Positions 28,115 through 39,981 of a stretch of 64,000 bases of DNA are shown here, piece by piece; position 1 is the first letter of the stretch; each line of letters starts with the position of its first letter. Where the stretch lies: positions 1,376,001 through 1,440,000 of the forward strand of contig CAWDSK010000003.1 in NCBI GenBank assembly GCA_963804995.1, written 5' to 3'. A program made the position numbers and the translations under genes. Below the pieces are notes generated by a model. The model searched no databases. It saw nothing but the letters and a program-made list of their open reading frames with translations, and was not told the DNA's origin. This DNA comes from an uncultured Acidobacteriota bacterium (GTDB taxonomy: Bacteria > Acidobacteriota > Terriglobia > UBA7540).

Positions 28115-29495
28115 CTACTTCTTTTTTAAATCCTCCGGCTCATCAATCAGGCGGCCGAGCATTTCATAGACACGCATCAGCGCGTGATTCACCATCCGCT
28201 CACCCGCCCCTACTTCGATAAGCGTGGCGGTGCTGGCGGCGCCGTAGCCACCCCGCGAGGCGGCGAGCACGGTGGGGAAATACCCAAAATCCCCATTCGC
28301 ATAGCCCATGAAAAAGGCGTCGGGGACCGGGCAGCGATTGCGCCAATCGTTTTGGAAATCCACAAAGGGCTCGCCCGGCATGGTCATGAAGGCGATGCGT
28401 TTGTTAATGAGCAGCGTGCCCACAGGCAGCCGCATGGGTTCGTGGTAATTGCGGTCAAAGCTCGCCGCCGCTTCGGCGCCCCAGGAGGTCAGCATGGCGG
28501 CGCGGAATTTTTCCACGTTCCAGCGCAGGTGCATATCCAGCAAATCTTCGGTGAACTGCAACTTCGCCTCGGGCTCCGGCTGGGTCACGATGCTTTTCGC
28601 CACCCGCACGGCTTCCTGGCCAATGCGATCGCCCGTCCAATCGCGGCGCCCCACGGCGTCCTCCGTCAGCGGCGTGACCGCGTAGAAGGGATTGATGTCA
28701 CCGTCCCCGCCTTGCAGGAAGAAGCAGACCGGGGCCGCGCGGGAATTTTCCTTGGCGAACGCCCGCTCCACGGTCACGTCCATCACCCCCGGCCAGTCGG
28801 CGGAGTATTGCAGGTTGTCAGGACCAAAGATTACCGGATGGCAAGCGTAGTTCACCAGGATGGCAATGGGGTCGCCGGCCGTGTTGTCGATGCGCAGGAT
28901 CGACACCGTGGGATCGACGGGCGACGTCGGCACCATGGTGTGGTTGATCATGAACCAGCCGAAGCGGCCGTCGGGTTGCTCGCGCAGGCGGTTATGGCCG
29001 ATGTACGCCACACCGTAGCCCGTCCCCAGTTCGAGCTTCTACGGCACTCTGGAGCGCTGCCCCGAGCGCGCCCTCGACCTTTTCCAAGACCGGGGTTTCC
29101 CAGTCGGGGCCCTCGAGCGGTGGATACTCATCGGGGATGTCAGGACCCGCATGGCTGTGAATGCCTGCCTGCAAGACGTAGGTGATGCCGTATTTCTCCT
29201 TCGCGTCCCGGCGTAAGCGCTCAACCCAGGCCGGAGCGAAAACCCGGCCCAGGTCACAGACCACCATGGCGATCCGCTGCTCCCCGGTCTCCAAAACCAA
29301 CACCCGCGCGTACAGCGGGTCCAGGATGCCGGTCGCCCCTGCCGTGCGGCTGCCGTATCCGTACATCTTCAGTCCCAGAGGCGGAGTAATGTCCACCTTG
29401 GCGGCGCCGGCTTTCATCGTGGCGCCCAGACCAATAATTGGAAACATCCATACGGCTATACACAAGATAGATAATTTCCGCATTGCGCTATGCAT
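28115..29495 (-). CDS. Neutral/alkaline ceramidase N-terminal-domain family hydrolase (frameshift near 29020)
   Basis: GAAKVDITPP, DPLYARVLVL, HSHAGP, NYACHP, PGEPF, GYANG..GYFP. Confidence 0.85.
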
Positions 29496-29802
29496 GAGGC
29501 CTCCCAAACACTCCAGGATCGGATCGCAGGGCGACACTCTACCAGCCCGGGGGACAAGGTTCAAGGGTCTCGGCGTCACCCTCCGGGTTCCATCAAAGTC
29601 CGCACGAGTTGAAAAAGGCCCCTCCCGGGTCGGAAGTCCCGGCGTCAGAAATCCGGGTAAACCTCGCGTCAGGGTTATGCTATGCTACGCGCCGGTGACG
29701 GGTGTTCGGTCATTATGACAGTGGCGGCGTGTCCCACATGTTGCTCAACGCGGGGCAAAGCGGGCGTTGTCCCACGTACTTTTCCAAAAGGAAGGATTTC
29801 GA

Positions 29803-31129
29803 ATGGTTCGAGACCCCAAGGCAATTTTTCCCCGTTCAGCTCAAATGACAGAGATTTCACGCCGCTACGTTGCGGGTGGAGCAAGCAGCGCGGTGCGCTC
29901 CACTGCGAAGCCGTTGCCACTCTTCTTCCAGTCCGCATCCGGCTCACACATGGTCGATGTGGATGGAAGGACGTATATCGATTACGCCCTGGCATGGGGT
30001 CCGTTGATCCTGGGGCATTGTCATCCCGCGATTGTCAAAGCAGTGGAAGAGCAGATCCATAAGTTCATGATCGTCGGCGCCCAGCATGAATTGGAAATCA
30101 AGGTGGGAGAAAAGATTTGCAAGATGGTTCCAGGCGCTGAACTCGTGGCCTTCAGCAGCACAGGCTCTGAGGTCGTGCAAATGGCATTGCGCCTCGCGCG
30201 GGCGTTCACGGGCCGGAGCAAGTTCATAAGGTTTGAAGGACACTATCACGGCTGGCACGATAATGTCCTGGTCGGCTACCATCCCAAACGTGTGGATGGA
30301 AAAGTGGAGAATCCCCCCTATACGGAAGGCGCGAACGAGAAGGCCGGGGAGGAAGTGATTGCTCTCAATTGGAACGACCTCTCCGAGCTTGAATCCGTTT
30401 TGAAGGCCCGGCATGAAGAGATCGCGGCGATCATTACCGAACCTATTCTGTGCAACTGCTCCTGCGTCATGCCGGCGCCCGGATATCTGGCGGGGATGCG
30501 GGAACTGGCCACGCGCTACGGTGTGGTGCTGATCTTCGATGAAGTGATCACGGGATTTCGCGTCGCACCCGGGGGAGCGCAGGAGTTGTACGGAATTACC
30601 CCGGACCTGTTGACTCTCGGCAAGGCCGTAGCGGGCGGCCTCCCGCTGAGCGTGGTGGCGGGAAAAAGAGAAATCATGGACCTGATCGCCCAGCGCCGGG
30701 TCATGCATGGCGGCACCTTCAACGGCCACCCGGTGGCTCTAGCGGCAGCGCTTGCAACGCTTGAGACTCTGGACGCCAATCAGGGCGCGTTGTTGCGACA
30801 GGTCCGAAAAATCGGGGAATCATTGATGGAGGGAATCAGGAAGCTGGCCAACGAAGCGGGAATCCCCATCCTAATCAATGGAGTTGGCTCGGTTTTTCAT
30901 GTATCCTTCACTCATCGGACCGAGATGCGGAATTTCTGGGATACCCTCGATGCCGACGTGCGGGCCCGTGACGTGTTCCTGGGAGCGTTGGTGGAGTCCG
31001 GAGTCTACCCACTCCCGGATGGCCGGTGGTACGTCTCCGCAGCGCATGACGAAGCGGACGTTCGAAGCCTCACTCGCAGCGGTCCGCGAGGTATTTCGAA
31101 AACATAAGCAGCAACTGATTCCGGCCTGA
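29803..31129 (+). CDS. Class III PLP aminotransferase (GSA-aminomutase-like); 3' frameshift near 31070
   Basis: DVDGRTYIDY, FEGHYHG, LIFDEVITGFR, PDLLTLGKAVAGG, GTFNG. Confidence 0.9.
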
Positions 31130-31236
31130 GCCATCAAGCCGTTGTATCTGCAAAAAGGGAATGCGCAGAGTCGCAACAAAAGTGAGAGAATAGGTTCAAG
31201 GGCCAAGAGTTAACGCCAAAAAAGTGAGGTCAAATC

Positions 31237-32577
31237 ATGGATACTAAGCAGCCCCGGTCAAAGTCCAGCAAGACTACCCGAAGGAATTTTCTTGAAACCA
31301 GCAGCGTGGCTCTCTTGGGCCTCTCCCTGCCAGCCCATACACCTGCTGCTGTGCGCAGCGGCTCGTTGGCGGTGTCCGGAGGCACCCCCACCGTTACCGT
31401 CCCCCACGAAAAGTTCGAGGAGATCGTGAAATGGCCGCGCTACGGCGAGGAAGAGAAGAGTGTGATCACGCGCCTCCTCGACAACAATAAGTTCTATGAT
31501 GAGATTCCGGTACTCGAAAAGGAGATGAAGGAGTACTTTCATGCGCCGTTCGTGAAAACGCAGATGAACGGCACCAGCGCCTTGCTCTCCTTGTTCTTCG
31601 CGCTCGATCTACCGCCGGGCAGCGAAATCCTGGCCCCCTCTTACACAGCCTGGGCTACCACCGCGCCGATGCACATTTTCGGTCTGGTGCCGGCCTTTGT
31701 CGACATCAACCCCCGCACCATGACCTTCGATGTCGAGTACGCCAAGAAATGCGTGAACAGTCAAACCAAAGCGGTTCTTCCCATGCACGCGTTTGGAATG
31801 CCCTGCGACATGGACGTGATCTCCGACTTTGCCAAAGAGCACGGCCTGATTGTACTGGAAGATGTTGCGCAGGCGTTCGGAGCTTCGTTAAAAGGAAAGC
31901 TCCTCGGCACCTGGGGTGCAATGGGTATCTGCAGTTTCCAGGCCAGCAAGATCCTGCCGAGCATCGAAGGCGGATTGGGAATCTACCAGACCCGTGAGTA
32001 CTTCGAGCGTGCCACAACCTTCGGCAACTACGAACTGCCACACACATTTCCGGCGGACAGTCAGTATAGAAAGTACGAAGGAACCGGCATGGGGCCCAAG
32101 CTGCGTATCCACCCTCTAGCCGCTGCCATCGCTCGCAAACAGTTGCCCAAGGTTACAGCGCAGAACGCTATGGTCGACAAGCAATTAAGCCACCTGAACC
32201 AGCGGCTTGCCGAGCTGCCGGGCATATCGTATCCGTATGTACGCCCGGATGCGAAGCGCGTCTACTGGGCATCCAACAAGATTTTCATTGATGAGCAAAA
32301 GGCTGGAGCCCCCCTCGGCGAGCTGATCAAAGCCCTGAAAGCTGAGGGCGTGCAAGCCAGCCCCGGACCCTACGATGAGCAGCACAAGTACGCGCTCTAC
32401 CATGAAGCCAAATGGTGGCACCACCCGGTGGTGATTCCGGATGATCTCAAGGGCACCACGCAGGTGAACAAACAGGCCGTGAACCTGCCGATTTTCCGCA
32501 CCGAGGCCTCGGAGCTGATCGAACAGTACATTAAGGCCTTCGAGAAAGTCTGGGCGCACCGGACGGAACTATCCTAG
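31237..32577 (+). CDS. DegT/DnrJ/EryC1/StrS aminotransferase with Tat signal
   Basis: TRRNFL; NGTSAL, EDVAQAFGA, SFQASKIL..EGG. Confidence 0.9.
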   Translation: MDTKQPRSKSSKTTRRNFLETSSVALLGLSLPAHTPAAVRSGSLAVSGGTPTVTVPHEKFEEIVKWPRYGEEEKSVITRLLDNNKFYDEIPVLEKEMKEYFHAPFVKTQMNGTSALLSLFFALDLPPGSEILAPSYTAWATTAPMHIFGLVPAFVDINPRTMTFDVEYAKKCVNSQTKAVLPMHAFGMPCDMDVISDFAKEHGLIVLEDVAQAFGASLKGKLLGTWGAMGICSFQASKILPSIEGGLGIYQTREYFERATTFGNYELPHTFPADSQYRKYEGTGMGPKLRIHPLAAAIARKQLPKVTAQNAMVDKQLSHLNQRLAELPGISYPYVRPDAKRVYWASNKIFIDEQKAGAPLGELIKALKAEGVQASPGPYDEQHKYALYHEAKWWHHPVVIPDDLKGTTQVNKQAVNLPIFRTEASELIEQYIKAFEKVWAHRTELS

Positions 32578-32974
32578 GTCGGAACGGTAAGACAGATTCG
32601 TCGAACGCGGGAAACGGGAAGTTTGTATCCGTCCCGCGTTCGACGATCGTTGTTGAGAAACGCTGACGTCCTTTTCTCTCCCATCAAACTTGGAAGTATT
32701 AGCGGCACAATTTACGAGTCCCTCCACAACAACGTCCTCACTTCCAACGGTTGGTCTCTGAACCGGTCCGTGTACACAGCCGTTAAGGTCGACTCCAACT
32801 TCAATGCCGTCAAACAGCGAAATACTCTTGGAGACAATTTCGCGAGGCTTAAACGGGATTTAGAACCCCTCTGACCCGCCGCCATGCAAGTCCACTTTCC
32901 TTTCTGCCCAAAGTGCGGTAATTTCTCGGTGCACGGGCGGAATCCCACATTGACTCTATCCAAAGGAGAAAGAC

Positions 32975-34288
32975 ATGGCGAAGCATCTGGCGCGAAGAAA
33001 CTTTCTGAAAACTGCGGGCATGGGAGCCTTAGGGGTAGTAGGAAGTGCAAGTCCTGCCTCTAGTCTCATACCGCCTGCGACCGCTGCGGCAATCAATGAC
33101 CTCGAGCCCATGAAGATTACGAAGATTGAAGCGGTGAGATTTCGAAAGGGGCTGACCATTGATGGCGAAGCTCCTGCCTGGATGTGGGTGCGGCTCCACA
33201 CCAACACTGGCATCGTCGGAGTGGGCGAGACTTATCCCTACTCGGATGCTGAGATCGGCGCGCTGCGGGATCTGGTGGGGGATGAGCGCGGTTCACCCGC
33301 CGGACTCTTGGGATTCGACCCGCGCGATATCGACCGCACCTGGTATGAGATTTATGATCGCACCGCCTTTAACGTCATCGGTGGTGCGGAGATGCGAATT
33401 CTCTCCGCCATCAATATCGCGCAATGGGACATCCTGGGTAAATCGTTGGGGACGCCCGTCTACCGCCTTTTGGGCGGAAAAGCTCGCGACAAAATCCGCG
33501 TTTATAACACCTACACGCGCGGCTGGATCATTAACGGTTGGCAGATGGATACGGATGCGGAGAAGGTTTGTAACTTCCTGCGTGGCCGGGGAATCAAAGC
33601 CGTCAAATTCTACCCCTTCGACCCTATCGGCCGTCGCAACGAGGGAAACTACATCTCTCCCATGGAGATCGACAAAGCGCTCGAACCGATCAGGCTGATT
33701 CGCGATAAATTTGGCGACGATATGGAGATTGCCATCGACGTTAATGCGCAGTGGAATCTCACCGCCGCCCTGCGCATTGCCCACGCGATGGAGCCCTACA
33801 AGATCATGTTCCTGGAAGATGCGCTGTACCAGGGCAACATGGAGGCCTACTCGATATTGACCCGGGAAACTTCCATCCCCATCACCGTCAGCGAACGCCT
33901 GGCCACGCGCTACCAGTTCCGGGAAGTGCTGGATAAGAAGGCTGCCAAGATCGTGATGTTTGACGTCACCTGGTGCGGAGGCATCTCCGAAGCGAAGAAG
34001 ATTTCAGACCTCGCCGACACCTACTATATCCCCGTCGCGCCGCATACCTGTGGCGGGCCGCTCCTATGGTTCTCCTCGATCCACACCGCCACCGCCGTTA
34101 AGAACCTCTGGATTATGGAAAGTTGCTACCATTTCTATAATTTCCAGTACCCCTACTTCATCAAAAACGTGCCGGTCCCTCAGGATGGCTACGTGACGGC
34201 GCCCGAGGGCCCCGGATTGGGGGTGGAATTCCGCACCGAGCCCTTCGAGCGCGGCGATGCGATTGTGGAGACGATTGCCGAGTTATAG
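32975..34288 (+). CDS. Mandelate racemase/muconate lactonizing (enolase superfamily) dehydratase with Tat signal
   Basis: ARRNFLK; GIVGVGE, WDILGK...PVYRLLGG, KAVK, D/E/E metal ligands, PEGPGLG. Confidence 0.9.
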   Translation: MAKHLARRNFLKTAGMGALGVVGSASPASSLIPPATAAAINDLEPMKITKIEAVRFRKGLTIDGEAPAWMWVRLHTNTGIVGVGETYPYSDAEIGALRDLVGDERGSPAGLLGFDPRDIDRTWYEIYDRTAFNVIGGAEMRILSAINIAQWDILGKSLGTPVYRLLGGKARDKIRVYNTYTRGWIINGWQMDTDAEKVCNFLRGRGIKAVKFYPFDPIGRRNEGNYISPMEIDKALEPIRLIRDKFGDDMEIAIDVNAQWNLTAALRIAHAMEPYKIMFLEDALYQGNMEAYSILTRETSIPITVSERLATRYQFREVLDKKAAKIVMFDVTWCGGISEAKKISDLADTYYIPVAPHTCGGPLLWFSSIHTATAVKNLWIMESCYHFYNFQYPYFIKNVPVPQDGYVTAPEGPGLGVEFRTEPFERGDAIVETIAEL

Positions 34289-34411
34289 CACGTCGTTCAA
34301 GAACCTGGCGAGCAGGTCATCCTGGGTCTACCGTCAGGGGCCGGAATGATTTGTGTCTGTACAAACCGGCTGGCTCGTCTTGTGCCCGATTTCAGTTAAC
34401 CTAGGAATTTG

Positions 34412-34615
34412 ATGCGACGACTCGTCTGCACTTTTGCATGCTTGCTTGTAGCCTGTAGCCGCGCGTTCGGGCAGGGTTCCCGGGGCGAACCGGACCAGGA
34501 GTGGCGGTATTAGGGCCACGATCCTGAAGATATTTCCATGAATACCTGCGTCAATTGCCATAAGCTCCGCAAGGCTCCACTCTCCTGTGATTGCTGTCAC
34601 GACATCGGGCATTGA
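34412..34615 (+). pseudogene. Internally deleted remnant of a PQQ dehydrogenase-cytochrome c fusion paralogue
   Basis: Reads MRRLVCTFACLLVACSRAFGQ...EWRY*GHDPEDISMNTCVNCHKLRKAPLSCDCCHDIGH*, matching both termini of 43299-45734. Confidence 0.85.
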
Positions 34616-34804
34616 GGAAGGTGTCAGGTGCCAGCTATCGGCTAACTACCCTCGCCCCCTTGGGGGAGAGGGTGGACCGCTGCCGGGGGTTTCATCAGCC
34701 GGAGCGGGCCGGGTGAGGGGGTCACCCAGGATCGAATTGAGAAGTAATCTCTTGAAACCCATTGAGTGCACAGCCTTGAGGCAAGCCCGCCAACGGAACA
34801 TCTC

Positions 34805-36863
34805 ATGAAGCTGAAAACCACGCTCCTCGTCATCGCGACACTTCTGAGCCCCTTATTACTCACTTCGCAGGAGCCCGCCCGCGACCCTTTTCTCCTCTGG
34901 ATGAACGACATCGCGCAGCAGCAACTCGATCAGCGTGAAAAGGCCATCGCCGCTATTCATACCGTTCCTGAGGCGGCGAAACGGCAACAACTGGTGTGCG
35001 AAAAGGTCTTGGCGGCTATGGGCGGTCTACCAGATTACAAGGGGCCGCTCAACGCCCGGATCATGGGTCATATCCAGGCGGATGGCTATGTCATCGAGAA
35101 AGTGATCTTTGAGAGTCTCCCGCACTTCTACGTCACCGCCAATCTTTACCGGCCCAACCAGCCCGGCCGCTATCCCGGGATTCTCCTGCAATCAGGCCAT
35201 GTGCAGGAAGGCAAGCCGGAATCGCAAAGAGTCGCAGCCAATCTGGCTTTAAAAGGCTTCGTGGTCTTGGCGTTCGATCCCCTGGGTGGCGGGGAACGGG
35301 AACAAACCTTTAACCAGCAGGCTAGCCGGCCATTGGCGGGCGGGGCAACCAATGAACATATCCAGGCGGAAGCTCAGAGTCTGCTGATTGGTGAGGGAGT
35401 AGCGCGATTCTTCATCTGGGATGCCATGCGCTCCCTCGACTACCTGCAAAGCCGGCCGGAAGTTGACGGTGCGCGGATCGGTGCCGTGGGTTGCTCGGGC
35501 GGCGGGGCCACGTCAACTTGGATTCGGAGCTCTCGACCCAAGAATCAAAGCAGTCGCTTCGGCCTGTTCTACCAATTCGTTTCGATTAATGTTTGCGCGG
35601 CCGGTTCCGCACGGCGAATTCCACGGTGAGATGGGCCTGCACAGGTTTTTGGCCGATGGGCTGGACACGGCGGATCTTGTGGAGGCGCGCGCCCCAACCC
35701 CCTGGCTTATCCTGGCCACCGAGGGTGACTTCTTCACGCCGGACGCAGCCGAGCTGGTGTATAAGGAAGCGCAACATTGGTACAGCCTCTATGGCGCCGA
35801 AGACAAGGTTCACCTCTTCGTCGCACCCGGCCCTCATGGCATGCCTCTTCCCACGCGCGAGCTGATTTATGAGTGGATGATCCGCTGGCTTAAGGACGGT
35901 AAAGGTGATTTTCACGAACAGCCCGTACACCAGTATCTCAGCCACGAACTCGTGGTAACCAGGAGCGGACATGTCGATGACGAACCCGGCAGTCGCAAGC
36001 TCTATCAGGTAATTCTTGACGACTTTCACGCCAAAAAACGGCAAGGGACGGTTCCAGAACTCATAGCCGAACTTCGGAAATGGGAGGTTCCCACGGCAGG
36101 CGCCCCTCCGGACGTGAAAGTCTTGGAGGAGTCGAACACCCCGGAGGGTCGCGTGCAGCACATTCGCTTTGAGAGTGAGCCCGGCGTGAACATTGAGGGC
36201 AAGCTGTATCTTCCGGGTTCTGCGGGGCAAAAACCTGCCGTCCTACTTGTGGCTGATAAGATCAAGACCTACTATATTCCGTCGACAGAGATGTTGGCGG
36301 AAAGGATGGTCAAGCTGGGCCGAGTCGTCCTCACCCTGGAGGTGCGTGATGATCCCTCGGGGATTGATAGGCGGGAACATATCGGCAATTGGATGGCGAA
36401 CACCCGGGCCGATCATATTGGGCGTAATCTGGCGGCCATGCGGGCTCATGACATTCTGCGCGGTGTAGATGTTTTGAGCGCCACGAGCGACGCCGATCCT
36501 GCTCCGCTTCATGCCGCAGCCCGGGGGGTCGCCGGAGTCTGGCTTTTGCTGGCGGCGGCTGTTGACACCCGTATCAACAAAGTCTGGTTGGATCGAACCC
36601 CCTACAGCTTGCGGGCGGCTCTCAACACCACGATGAACGATAGCCTGTTGGACGCCATGATTCCCGGCTTTGCGCTGCATTGGGACCTCGAGGATTTGAC
36701 TCGGGCCATGGGAACCCGTCCGGTCTTATGGACTGACCCGACCAACTGGATGGATAGGATTATTCCTCTCCATCCCCCCTTTCAGTATCGCTATGTTCTA
36801 GGTGATGCGACGGATTTCTATGATACACAAGATAATATGTATATGGGGGAGTTCCTGAAATAA
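34805..36863 (+). CDS. Acetylxylan esterase-like double alpha/beta hydrolase (frameshift near 35520)
   Basis: Signal peptide; EKVIFES...VTANLY, WDAMRSLDYL, GCSGGG nucleophile motif; continues in second frame. Confidence 0.85.
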
Positions 36864-36883
36864 TCCTCAAGGAGAGGTCAATC

Positions 36884-38833
36884 ATGCTGCTCACAAATAT
36901 TTCGCGCCGCCTGCTCCGTGCTTCGCTGGTGGCCGGCTTGTTACTCGTCGTGGTGTCTTCTGCCAGCATGCAGCAACGTTCTGCCCCGGACACGGCCGAG
37001 GATCTCCGCACCTGGATCAAGGCTAATTATTTAAAGTACGAGTACCGCATTCCCATGCGCGACGGCATCAAGCTCATGACTGCAGTCTACATTCCCAAGG
37101 AGGCCTCGGCATGGCGGACTTTTCCAATCCTGATGCTCCGCTCGCCCTACGGGATAGGTCCCTACGGGACTGATAACTATCCGGGCATGCTGGGGCCGTC
37201 GGAACTGTTTGCGCGGTCGAAATACATCTTTGCCTACCAGGATGTGCGCGGGCAGATGATGTCGGAGGGGGAATACGTCAACATGCGCCCGCACAATCCG
37301 GCCAAAAAAGGCACGGAAACGGATGAGGCCAGTGACACCTATGACAGCATCGATTGGCTTATCCACAACGTTCCCTTTCATAGCGATAAGGTTGGAATAT
37401 GGGGCATTTCCTATTCGGGCTTTTACGCGGCCGAGGGCATGATCGATGCTCATCCCGCGCTGCGCGCCGTTTCCCCCCAGGCGCCTATTGCCGACTGGTT
37501 TATCGGCGACAACTTCCACCACAACGGCGCGGTATGGCTTGCGCACTTTTTCAACTTCATTTCCGGTTTTGGAGTCCCACGAGCGGGACTGTCCACGACG
37601 AGAAGCCAGGGGGGGGTTGAGCCAGGTACCCCCGATGGATACGAATTCTTCAAGGGCATCGAACCCCTCTCCCTGGCCGACGAGAAATACCTGAAGCACC
37701 ACATCGCCTATTGGGACGAATTTTTGCAGCACCCCGACTACGATGCCTTTTGGAAAGCCTGCAACCTGGCGCAACACGTGAAGAATATCCGGCCCGCGAT
37801 ATTGACGGTGGGCGGCTGGTTTGACGCCGAAGATCTCTACGGCACCTTGCACATCTTTGGAGCAGCGGATAAGAACGATCCGCGGGGGTCAATCCGGCTG
37901 GTGATGGGGCCGTGGCACCACGGTGGCTGGGCAAGCAGTGAGGGAGATCGTTTGGGCGACGTGCAGTTCGGTTCCAAAACCTCATTGTTTTTCCGCGAGC
38001 ACATTGAGTTCCCCTTTTTCGAGTATTACCTGAAAGACCGCGGTGAGATGAATCTGCCACACGCCTATGTGTTCGAAACGGGAACGAATTCGTGGCGCAC
38101 ATACGATTCCTGGCCACCCAAGAACGTCAGCCGGAAATCACTCTACCTCAAGCCCTCCCACAAACTCTCCTTTGATTCGCCCCATCAGACGGGAGAGCCT
38201 TTTGACGAGTACACGAGCGATCCGGACAAGCCCGTCCCCTATTACGACAAACCGAATATCGACATGGTCCGCGAGTACATGGCCGGTGACCAGCGGCTCC
38301 AAGGCCAGCGGACGGACGTGCTGGTGTATGAAACGGAGCCCCTGGACGCTGACGTTACCGTGGCCGGTCCCGTCGAGCCCAGCCTGGAGGTTTCTACGAC
38401 CGGGACCGATGCTGACTGGGTTGTAAAGTTAATCGATGTGTACCCGGGGAATATGCCGGATGCCGACCCTCGACCCAGCGGGTATCGAATGGGTGGCTAC
38501 GAGCAACTTGTGCGCGGTGATCTGATGCGAGGCCGCTACCGCAACAGCTTCGAAAAACCGGAGCCTTTCGAACCAGGCAAGATTACCAAAGTGGAGTTTG
38601 TGATGCCCGATGTCAATCACACCTTCCGCACCGGACATCGCATCATGGTACAGGTGCAAAGCTCCTGGTTCCCGCTCGCAGATATCAACCCGCAGGTTTT
38701 CGTAAATATCTACACGGCCAAAGCCTCGGATTTCCGGAAGGCCCAGATGCGGGTGTACCACTCGGCGGCCGCCGCTTCGCACGTGGATGTTTGGGTGCTG
38801 CCCTCAAAGCCCGCGGCCGAGGCCGGTCAGTGA
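36884..38833 (+). CDS. CocE/NonD family hydrolase (alpha-amino acid ester hydrolase/glutaryl-7-ACA acylase-like)
   Basis: IPMRDGIKL, YQDVRG..SEG, WGISYSGF, MGPWHHG, HTFRTGHRIMVQVQSSWFP. Confidence 0.92.
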   Translation: MLLTNISRRLLRASLVAGLLLVVVSSASMQQRSAPDTAEDLRTWIKANYLKYEYRIPMRDGIKLMTAVYIPKEASAWRTFPILMLRSPYGIGPYGTDNYPGMLGPSELFARSKYIFAYQDVRGQMMSEGEYVNMRPHNPAKKGTETDEASDTYDSIDWLIHNVPFHSDKVGIWGISYSGFYAAEGMIDAHPALRAVSPQAPIADWFIGDNFHHNGAVWLAHFFNFISGFGVPRAGLSTTRSQGGVEPGTPDGYEFFKGIEPLSLADEKYLKHHIAYWDEFLQHPDYDAFWKACNLAQHVKNIRPAILTVGGWFDAEDLYGTLHIFGAADKNDPRGSIRLVMGPWHHGGWASSEGDRLGDVQFGSKTSLFFREHIEFPFFEYYLKDRGEMNLPHAYVFETGTNSWRTYDSWPPKNVSRKSLYLKPSHKLSFDSPHQTGEPFDEYTSDPDKPVPYYDKPNIDMVREYMAGDQRLQGQRTDVLVYETEPLDADVTVAGPVEPSLEVSTTGTDADWVVKLIDVYPGNMPDADPRPSGYRMGGYEQLVRGDLMRGRYRNSFEKPEPFEPGKITKVEFVMPDVNHTFRTGHRIMVQVQSSWFPLADINPQVFVNIYTAKASDFRKAQMRVYHSAAAASHVDVWVLPSKPAAEAGQ

Positions 38834-38909
38834 ATGTGCGCCACTCTCTCGGGGGGACGATCCCGCCGCGGTGATCTATTGGTGGGAGCGGAAATGCGGG
38901 CAGATGCCT

Positions 38910-39797
38910 CTAGGCCCGCGCGAGCGATTTGGCAATCATCTTCTGCCAAATCTGATGTTCCTCGATCAGCGCCTGAGCCGGGTCGGGAACCTCCACCGAC
39001 TCCTCCACGATGCACCACCCGTCCCATCCCATGTCGATGAGAAGATCGAATTGCAATTGGTAGGGAAACTCCGTGTCACGATACGGGCGCATGTGGAGGG
39101 TATTATCCAGCCGGTCCTTTACCAGGGCGAAGTTCTGAGCGAACTTGCCGTCGGCGTTGTCTTTAGCGTCGCAATTGAGCTTGATGCGCACATTTTTCTG
39201 ATCAACCAAATCCATAACCTTGCGTAAGGTGGTCAAGCGGCCGGCGGAGCCGTGATTTTCCAGGCGAATGATCTGGCCATAGTCCTTCGCGTAGCGGCCC
39301 AAGGCGTTCAGTGATTCGGCAATTCCGGCGATGGTGTCTGTCTCCGGTACGCCTTCGTGCAGGTCGTTCGGGAAAACGCGGATCCCGCCGGCTCCCGTGT
39401 CGCGGGCAAGCAACACATATTCTTTAGCTTTCTCCACAGCCGCCTTCCGCACTGACGGGTCGGGCGAGTCAAACCGCTCGCCGCAGTTGATGGTGAGTAG
39501 CTTGACCGGGCTGGCAGCGAACCGTTGCTTCACTTCGCGGCGCTGCGCCTCGTTCAGACTCAACTCCACACCATGCTTGTGCTTCTCGTCGGTCCGCACT
39601 TCCACGCCGAAAGCTTTGGCCTTGGCACAGTTGGCAATCAAAGTGGGAAGGTCCCAATCCTTGCCCCACTCGTAAGTGGTGAAGGCAAACTTCAATTTGG
39701 AAACTCGCTTGGCCAGGGCGTTCATCGGTACCAGGGCCGCACAGGCAGCCAGGAAAGTCCGTCGGTCGAACAGAAAGGATTGTTTGTGGTTTGTCAT
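38910..39797 (-). CDS. Sugar phosphate isomerase/epimerase (AP endonuclease 2 TIM barrel) with Tat signal
   Basis: DRRTFL; IRVFPN, RLENHG, GWDGW.IVE. Confidence 0.8.
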   Translation of the reverse strand: MTNHKQSFLFDRRTFLAACAALVPMNALAKRVSKLKFAFTTYEWGKDWDLPTLIANCAKAKAFGVEVRTDEKHKHGVELSLNEAQRREVKQRFAASPVKLLTINCGERFDSPDPSVRKAAVEKAKEYVLLARDTGAGGIRVFPNDLHEGVPETDTIAGIAESLNALGRYAKDYGQIIRLENHGSAGRLTTLRKVMDLVDQKNVRIKLNCDAKDNADGKFAQNFALVKDRLDNTLHMRPYRDTEFPYQLQFDLLIDMGWDGWCIVEESVEVPDPAQALIEEHQIWQKMIAKSLARA

Positions 39798-39981
39798 AGC
39801 GCACAGAACCTACCTATTTGGAACCATCCTTGTCAAGCGAGAAAACTTGCTCCCTGATTGTAGGCGCACGACTTGCCGCACCCTCTTGGTTCGGTCGCGC
39901 GCGGTCATAAAAAGTGAACTGCAACCCGTACCCCCACAACCGGGGCGGCAGCGTCGCTGGCCAATTTTCAGAAATCGCGAG

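Noticed and set aside
32623..32874. Small ORF between DegT and enolase genes
   Set aside because: No RBS or recognisable motif; possibly a gene remnant but cannot be assigned
1148..35629. Frameshifts in STAS gene, 21403-22483, gpsA, ceramidase-like, aminotransferase III and esterase genes as pseudogenes or programmed recoding
   Set aside because: Scattered single indels with intact motifs on both sides, including in housekeeping gpsA, and no shared slippery motif; most likely long-read consensus errors. Read data needed.
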